The notes under the pieces were generated by a model. The model was not told the origin of the DNA. It saw only the letters and a program-made list of their open reading frames with translations, and did not search any database. A stretch of DNA of 64,000 nt, taken from assembly GCA_964220215.1 (NCBI GenBank), contig CAXPTH010000021.1, positions 31,826-95,825 of the forward strand, written 5' to 3'. Of this stretch, positions 58,152 through 64,000 are shown piece by piece. Numbering within the stretch: the first letter of the stretch is position 1; every line of letters begins with the position of its first letter. Made by a program: the position numbers and the translations under genes. Source of the DNA: Alteromonas sp. (GTDB taxonomy: Bacteria > Margulisbacteria > Marinamargulisbacteria > UBA6595).

Positions 58152-59538
58152 GGGTACAATGACCCAAAAAGACTTCTGCCGCTTCAAGCATACTTTCTGA
58201 AAGCGTTGGATGTGGGTGGACAATATGCGCAATATCTTCAACCGTTGCTTGCATTTCAATGGCCATCGCCGCTTCGCTAATCAAATCACCCGCATGTGGC
58301 CCCACAATACCAACACCCAAAACCCGATGGGTATCTGGCTCAACAATTAATTTAGTCAGGCCATCCGTTCGGCCCAATGTCATGGCACGGCCCGATGCTG
58401 TCCAAGGAAACTTCGCGACTTTAACCGCTCGTTTTTCCGCTTTGGCTTCGGTTTCAGTTAGCCCCACCCAAGCCAATTCAGGATCCGTAAAGACAACGGC
58501 CGGAACGGTGAATGCGGTTGTTGGCTGACGCCCGCTCAGGGCCTCTACGGCAATACGCGCCTCTTTGCTGGCTTTATGCGCTAGCAACAAACCACCGGCA
58601 CAGTCTCCAATGGCTAAAATATTCGGATCATCGGTTTGCTGATAGTCATGCGTAATCACATAGCCTTGATCATTGCATTTTACCCCTGTATTTTCCAAAC
58701 CCAACCCATCGGTATTGGGTGCTCGACCCACCGATACTAAAACGGAATCAAACGCATGGGTACTTAGGGATCCGTTGTCATCCAACACAACCTCAATTTT
58801 TTTGCCTTTGGTCGCCATTTCTTTGACTTTGACTGATTTTTGAATACTCTTAAACATGGCGTTTGCCATTTTTTCAACGGGTCGAACCAAATCCGGATCT
58901 GCACCCGATAGCAATTGCCCGGCAGCTTCAACCACACTCACGGATGCTCCCAAACGGGCATACACAATCCCTAGCTCCATCCCAATATAGCCGCCGCCAA
59001 TCACCAAGAGAGTCTCTGGAACCTGTTGAATATCCAAGGCCTCTGTCGAGGTCATGACCCGAGGACTTCCCAAATCAAATGCGCGGGGCATAGCCGGCCG
59101 AGAGCCTGTCGCAATAATCGCCTTATCGTATTCAATAAACTGTTGACCATCCGCCGTTTCAACTCGAAGCAGTTGAGACTCTTCAAAATAACCACGGCCA
59201 GAAATCACCGTAACCTTTCGGGCCGCCGCCAACTGGCGAACGCCCCCACCCAAACGCTCAACAACCCCATTTTTCCAAGTGCGCAGTTGATCCAGGTCTA
59301 GCTTAGCATCCCCAAAATGAATCCCCATATCGCGGGCATGCTGCCCACCATGATACACCTCCGTCGCATGCAGTAGGGCTTTGGATGGGATACATCCCCG
59401 ATTCAAACAAACGCCGCCCAATGCGGGCTCTTTCTCAACCAAGATAACATTAAACCCCAGATCTGCCGCATAAAACGCTGCCGCATACCCACCCGGGCCA
59501 GCCCCCAATACAACAACATCTGTCTTTACTTTATTCAT
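58132..59538 (-). CDS. lpdA: Dihydrolipoyl dehydrogenase
   Basis: GAGPGG, GGVCLNRGCIPSK, GGGYIG.E, HPHPTLSE. Confidence 0.97.
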   Translation of the reverse strand: MNKVKTDVVVLGAGPGGYAAAFYAADLGFNVILVEKEPALGGVCLNRGCIPSKALLHATEVYHGGQHARDMGIHFGDAKLDLDQLRTWKNGVVERLGGGVRQLAAARKVTVISGRGYFEESQLLRVETADGQQFIEYDKAIIATGSRPAMPRAFDLGSPRVMTSTEALDIQQVPETLLVIGGGYIGMELGIVYARLGASVSVVEAAGQLLSGADPDLVRPVEKMANAMFKSIQKSVKVKEMATKGKKIEVVLDDNGSLSTHAFDSVLVSVGRAPNTDGLGLENTGVKCNDQGYVITHDYQQTDDPNILAIGDCAGGLLLAHKASKEARIAVEALSGRQPTTAFTVPAVVFTDPELAWVGLTETEAKAEKRAVKVAKFPWTASGRAMTLGRTDGLTKLIVEPDTHRVLGVGIVGPHAGDLISEAAMAIEMQATVEDIAHIVHPHPTLSESMLEAAEVFLGHCTHVASAR

Positions 59539-60815
59539 AATGACTCCTTCACCGCCGCTTCTTCTAAATTGGCCAATGCATCCGACAAATGGGTCATAAA
59601 TCGGGCACCATCGGCACCATCAATGACCCGATGATCATACGACAAGGCCAAGGGCTGCATTAATCCCACCCCAATATCACCCTCAGCGGTCACAATGGGG
59701 CGCTTAACCCCACGACCCAAGCCCAAAATAGCCACTTCTGGCGTATTAATAATCGGCGTAAATGGGCCAACGCCTAGGCCACCTAAATTTGAAATTGTAA
59801 ACGTGCCACCCTGCAAATCGGCTGCCGTCAGGGTACGATCCCGGGCTTTATCCGCCACCACACCAATCTGAACAGCTAATTCAAATAAGGACAGTTGATC
59901 CGCATCTCGAATCACCGGAACAATCAAACCTGAGGGCGTGTCCACCGCAATTCCAATGTGATAATATGCTTTTTTGACCAATTGCTTGCCATCAAAACTG
60001 GCATTAAACGCTGGAAACGCTTGCAAGGCCGAAACAGCGGCTTTCACCGCCATCGCCGTCACCGTTAAATTAGCCCCTTTCTTCTTGTACTTGTCATTCC
60101 ACTGCTTGCGCAACCCCATGGGCTGGGTAATATCCACCTCATGAAACTGCGTAACATGCGGAATGCGCCACGCACTGCTCATCTTGTCCGCTATTTTAAC
60201 ACGCAAGGATGACACCGTTTCAGACTCAACCGGCCCCCATTTTGAGAAGTCCGGCATGGACTCGGCCACCGGCTTCGATTCTGACTGAACCGGAGCCGCA
60301 GCAACCGGTTGCTGCAACTGAGCGACATAGCGTCGGATATCATCCAACACCACACGCCCACCACGACCCGTTGGCACGACACGCGCCAAATCCAACCCAA
60401 TCTGGGTGCACAAAGACCGGATCCATGGGGATGTCACCACCGCCGAAGCATCCCCAACCGGCTGAGCCACCACGGCTGCTGGAACAGGCGCTTGAGGTAC
60501 TGGCACACTGGGCGCAACCGCCACCGGTGCCACCGGTGCGGCCGGTGCCGCGCCCGCGGTAGCGGGCGCGGTTGCGCCAGTGCTACCACCGGATAATTGG
60601 CCAATCACTTGGCCTTCACGCACCACATCACCGACAGCTACGGATATAGAATCCACCGTACCAGCACTAGTCGCTGGAACCGGTGCAACGGCTTTGTCGG
60701 TTTCAAGCTCTAAAATCACATCATCCACAGCAACTGTGTCCCCGGGTTGAACCCCGATACTTAATATATTGGCTGACTCAATGCCATCACCTAGAAACGG
60801 AATTTTGATATCCAT
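59535..60815 (-). CDS. aceF: Dihydrolipoamide acetyltransferase E2 (one lipoyl domain)
   Basis: LETDKA, PTGRGGRV, TFTISNLG, YDHRVIDGA. Confidence 0.93.
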   Translation of the reverse strand: MDIKIPFLGDGIESANILSIGVQPGDTVAVDDVILELETDKAVAPVPATSAGTVDSISVAVGDVVREGQVIGQLSGGSTGATAPATAGAAPAAPVAPVAVAPSVPVPQAPVPAAVVAQPVGDASAVVTSPWIRSLCTQIGLDLARVVPTGRGGRVVLDDIRRYVAQLQQPVAAAPVQSESKPVAESMPDFSKWGPVESETVSSLRVKIADKMSSAWRIPHVTQFHEVDITQPMGLRKQWNDKYKKKGANLTVTAMAVKAAVSALQAFPAFNASFDGKQLVKKAYYHIGIAVDTPSGLIVPVIRDADQLSLFELAVQIGVVADKARDRTLTAADLQGGTFTISNLGGLGVGPFTPIINTPEVAILGLGRGVKRPIVTAEGDIGVGLMQPLALSYDHRVIDGADGARFMTHLSDALANLEEAAVKESL

Positions 60816-63478
60816 TAGATTACTGTTCTCCCATACGTTTTATTTGGATCAATGGCGTATTGTGCCATCGCTTTTTTGACTAGATCCACCGATACATCAC
60901 CACGCCGATACAACGTATACACCGTTGTGTACACAATAAATCCAGTATCGACTTCAAAAAATCGTCTCAACTGTTCCCGGGTATCGCTGCGGCCAAACCC
61001 ATCGGTTCCCAAGCTGGTTAAGCCCCCGGGTACCCAAGCAGAAATTTGATCCGATACCACTTTCATATTATCCGATGCCGCAATAAACACCCCGGTTTCA
61101 TGCTCAAAACAGCGTTGAACATAGGGAGTCTCGGGCTCTGCTTCGGGATTCAATCGATTGCGTCGCTCGACATCCAGAGCATCCCGTCGCAATTGTTGGT
61201 AACTGGTGACACTCCAAACATGGGTGGGAATGTCGTATTCAGACTCTAAGACCGATTGCGCATCCAAAACCGATGGCATAATGGCTCCGCTGCCCAGCAA
61301 ATGGGCCTGACCGGTTGGGGTCTTGGCCGCAACACTCGCTGGCTTAAATTTATAAAGCCCCCGCATAATGCTATCGGTGCTTGCAGAGTCTGGCCGAGCG
61401 GGCATCGCATAGTTTTCATTGCCAACGGTGATATAGTAGAACAAATCTTCATTATCAGCATACATTCGTTGCATGCCTTGTTGAATCATCACGGCAATTT
61501 CAAATCGAAATGATGGATCATAGGCCACACAGGCTGGATTCGTACTGGCAATTAGATGGCTATGGCCGTCTTGATGCTGCAAGCCTTCCCCATTCAACGT
61601 TGTTCGGCCGGCTGTTCCGCCCAACAAAAAGCCTTTGGCCCGAATATCACCGGCTAACCACATCATATCCCCAACCCGTTGAAATCCAAACATTGAATAA
61701 TAAATATAAAATGGAATTGTTGTCACTCCGTGGGTTGCGTAACTGGTTCCGGATGCTAAGAAAGAGGCCATACCCCCAGCTTCTGAGATACCTTCTTCCA
61801 GCATTTGGCCATCACTGGCTTCCCGGTAATACAACAACGAATCGCGGTCAACAGGTTCATACTTTTGACCCTCTGAAGCGTAAATACCAATTTGCCGAAA
61901 CAAGGCCTCCATCCCAAATGTCCGGCATTCATCCGGGACAATTGGTACAATGTACCGCCCCATTGTTTTGTCTTTCAACAACATGGTTAGAATACGGACA
62001 AACGCCATCGTTGTGGACATTTTTGAATCCCCAGAATCCCCAAAAAACGAGTCAAATGCCGCTTCATCAGGCAAAGCAAATTCTGTTTTTTGGGTCCGGC
62101 GTTCTGGCAAAAACCCACCCAACTGTTCCCGTTGCTTTAATAAGTACTGAATTTCTGGTGAGTTTGGATCTGGCTTGTAAAATGGGGCATTGGCTACTTC
62201 ATCTTCATCCAACGGAATGTCCAACCACTTTTTGAATTGCCGCAACTCTTTTTCATTCATCTTCTTTTGTTGGTGGGAAATATTGCGCCCTTCACCCGCC
62301 TCACCCAGCCCGTATCCTTTGACAGTTTTAGCTAAAATAACGGTAGGCTGCCCCTCATGAGACACAGCGGCCTGATAGGCGGCATAAATCTTATTCAAAT
62401 CATGGCCCCCGCGCCGCATGTCTAAAATCTGTTGATCGGTTAATTGATTGGCTAGTTCCGCTAATTCTGGGTACTTACCAAAAAAGTGTTTTCGAGTATA
62501 GCTCCCAGGCGCAACGGAGTATTTTTGATATTGGCCATCGACCGTTTCATTTAACAGTTTTACCAACGTCTCTTTTTGATCCGATGCCAACAATGGATCC
62601 CAGTCACTGCCCCAAATGAGTTTAATGACGTTCCACCCGGCACCACTAAACACCGATTCCAGTTCTTGAATAATTTTACCGTTTCCATTAACCGGGCCAT
62701 CCAAGCGTTGCAAATTGCAGTTCACAACAAAAATCAAATTGTCTAATTTTTCCCGAGACGCCATAAACAAAGCCCCCAGTGTTTCTGGTTCACCGGTTTC
62801 CCCATCGCCGATAAAACACCACACCCGGCTATCGTCTTGAGACAAAATACCGCGGGCCACTAAATATCGATTAAACCGGGCCTGATAAATTGCCATAATG
62901 GGCCCAAGTCCCATGGACACAGTTGGGAATTGCCAAAAGTCGGGCATTAAATACGGATGCGGGTAACTGGACAGCCCGCCACCATCGGCCAACTCTTGGC
63001 GAAAGTGATGCAAATGCTTAGCCGACAACCGGCCTTCAACATAGGCTCGTGCATAAATACCCGGAGAAGCATGACCTTGAAAATACACTTGGTCTGCATT
63101 GTGGTTTTTCCCATATCCACGGAAAAAATGGTTAAATGCCACTTCATACAAATGTACGCTGGATGCATACGAGGAAATATGTCCCCCAATCCCATCGTTT
63201 TCACGATTGGCTTTAACCACCATGGCCATCGCATTCCATTGAATAATGTTTTGCAATCGCGTTTCCAACTCAATGTCCCCTGGGTACTCCGGCTGCTTAT
63301 CGGCTGGGATTGTATTAATATACGGCGTATTGGTGACTTTAATGGGCAACCCTAACAAATGGGCTTGGTCCATAACGGTTCGAAGCAAATGTTCCGCTTC
63401 GGCTTCGGTTTTAAATTGAAGAATATAAGCCAGCGATTCTAGGCACCGCTGTATTTCTGTTGCTGTTGATGATTCCAT
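60815..63478 (-). CDS. aceE: Pyruvate dehydrogenase E1, homodimeric type
   Basis: QGHASPG, SSYPHP, PTVSMGLG, GDGE..EPE, NCNLQRLDGPV, GEGLQH. Confidence 0.97.
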   Translation of the reverse strand: MESSTATEIQRCLESLAYILQFKTEAEAEHLLRTVMDQAHLLGLPIKVTNTPYINTIPADKQPEYPGDIELETRLQNIIQWNAMAMVVKANRENDGIGGHISSYASSVHLYEVAFNHFFRGYGKNHNADQVYFQGHASPGIYARAYVEGRLSAKHLHHFRQELADGGGLSSYPHPYLMPDFWQFPTVSMGLGPIMAIYQARFNRYLVARGILSQDDSRVWCFIGDGETGEPETLGALFMASREKLDNLIFVVNCNLQRLDGPVNGNGKIIQELESVFSGAGWNVIKLIWGSDWDPLLASDQKETLVKLLNETVDGQYQKYSVAPGSYTRKHFFGKYPELAELANQLTDQQILDMRRGGHDLNKIYAAYQAAVSHEGQPTVILAKTVKGYGLGEAGEGRNISHQQKKMNEKELRQFKKWLDIPLDEDEVANAPFYKPDPNSPEIQYLLKQREQLGGFLPERRTQKTEFALPDEAAFDSFFGDSGDSKMSTTMAFVRILTMLLKDKTMGRYIVPIVPDECRTFGMEALFRQIGIYASEGQKYEPVDRDSLLYYREASDGQMLEEGISEAGGMASFLASGTSYATHGVTTIPFYIYYSMFGFQRVGDMMWLAGDIRAKGFLLGGTAGRTTLNGEGLQHQDGHSHLIASTNPACVAYDPSFRFEIAVMIQQGMQRMYADNEDLFYYITVGNENYAMPARPDSASTDSIMRGLYKFKPASVAAKTPTGQAHLLGSGAIMPSVLDAQSVLESEYDIPTHVWSVTSYQQLRRDALDVERRNRLNPEAEPETPYVQRCFEHETGVFIAASDNMKVVSDQISAWVPGGLTSLGTDGFGRSDTREQLRRFFEVDTGFIVYTTVYTLYRRGDVSVDLVKKAMAQYAIDPNKTYGRTVI

Positions 63479-63526
63479 GGTCTTAGTGTAGCGAATTTTG
63501 ACTTAAATGTATATACATCTTTAGGC

Positions 63527-63927
63527 TTACTGACGAACGTGACCCGTGCCGTAGACGATATATTTTGTGGTTGTTAAGTGATGCAGACCCACCGGTCCAC
63601 GAACATGGAGCTTTTGCGTTGAAATGCCCATTTCAGTGCCAAATCCAAATTCGCCGCCATCGGTAAACCGACTGGACGCATTCACCAACACCGCTGAAGC
63701 ATCCACACGATTGGTAAACGCCGTAATGGACGCATAGGCATCGCTAACAATCACTTCCGAATGCTTGGATCCATAGTGATTAATATGCTGGATCGCTGCG
63801 TCACAACTGGGGACCAACTTCATCGCCACAATCAAATCCAAATACTCCGTGCCCCAATCCGAATCCTGCGCCGGAACCACTTGCTGATGACAAGCTTGAA
63901 CGCCTGGGCACCCCCGAACGGTGACCC
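63527..63927 (-). CDS. proA: Gamma-glutamyl phosphate reductase, 3' fragment
   Basis: VTVRGC..DWGTEYLD, HINHYGS.HSE, NASSRFTDG, GISTQKLHVRGP; cut off by adapter. Confidence 0.93.
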
Positions 63928-64000
63928 AGATCGGAAGAGCGTCGTGTAGGGAAAGAGTGTGAAGTAGTGTGTAGATCTCGGTGGTCGCCGTATCATTAAA
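63928..64000 (+). other. Illumina TruSeq adapter contamination
   Basis: AGATCGGAAGAGCGTCGTGTAGGGAAAGAGTGT-[GAAGTAGT]-GTGTAGATCTCGGTGGTCGCCGTATCATT-AAA. Confidence 0.99.

Noticed and set aside
63761..63949. ORF ending DRKSVV
   Set aside because: DRKSVV is the translation of the Illumina adapter.

Overview
Bacterial chromosomal window from a diderm organism: it has a TonB/ExbBD system, GT9 heptosyltransferase-like genes and a cyanobacterial-type ThiE. A Margulisbacteria-like lineage is my low-confidence guess. Most of the window is densely packed housekeeping genes: argS, tilS, proS, hisS, hisA, sodA, dnaE, rpsD, thiE, ligA, carAB, glnII, groESL, hisI, dinG, psd, tRNA-His, gltA, metG, aceE-aceF-lpdA and a partial proA. 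Four areas stand out. (1) An accessory islet at 26.1-27.9 kb holds a DUF559/Vsr-like endonuclease gene embedded in GC-rich REP-like palindromes and six ~74-bp multi-hairpin tandem units, next to a class III Fic gene and an internally deleted 58-aa hsdM. (2) An orphan four-gene operon at 51.6-55.5 kb has a sigma28-like promoter, a small protein resembling type III secretion needle subunits (helix-PxxP-helix), two helical proteins sharing an unnamed domain, and a FlgG-like protein. A second FlgF/G-like gene at 47.9 kb appears to carry a Sec signal peptide. (3) A highly divergent PEP-carboxylase-like protein. (4) Many genes look leaderless, and two (including dnaE) seem to need ATT/ATA starts. 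The last 73 nt are Illumina TruSeq adapter, not genome. All family calls come from motif recognition by eye; no searches were run.
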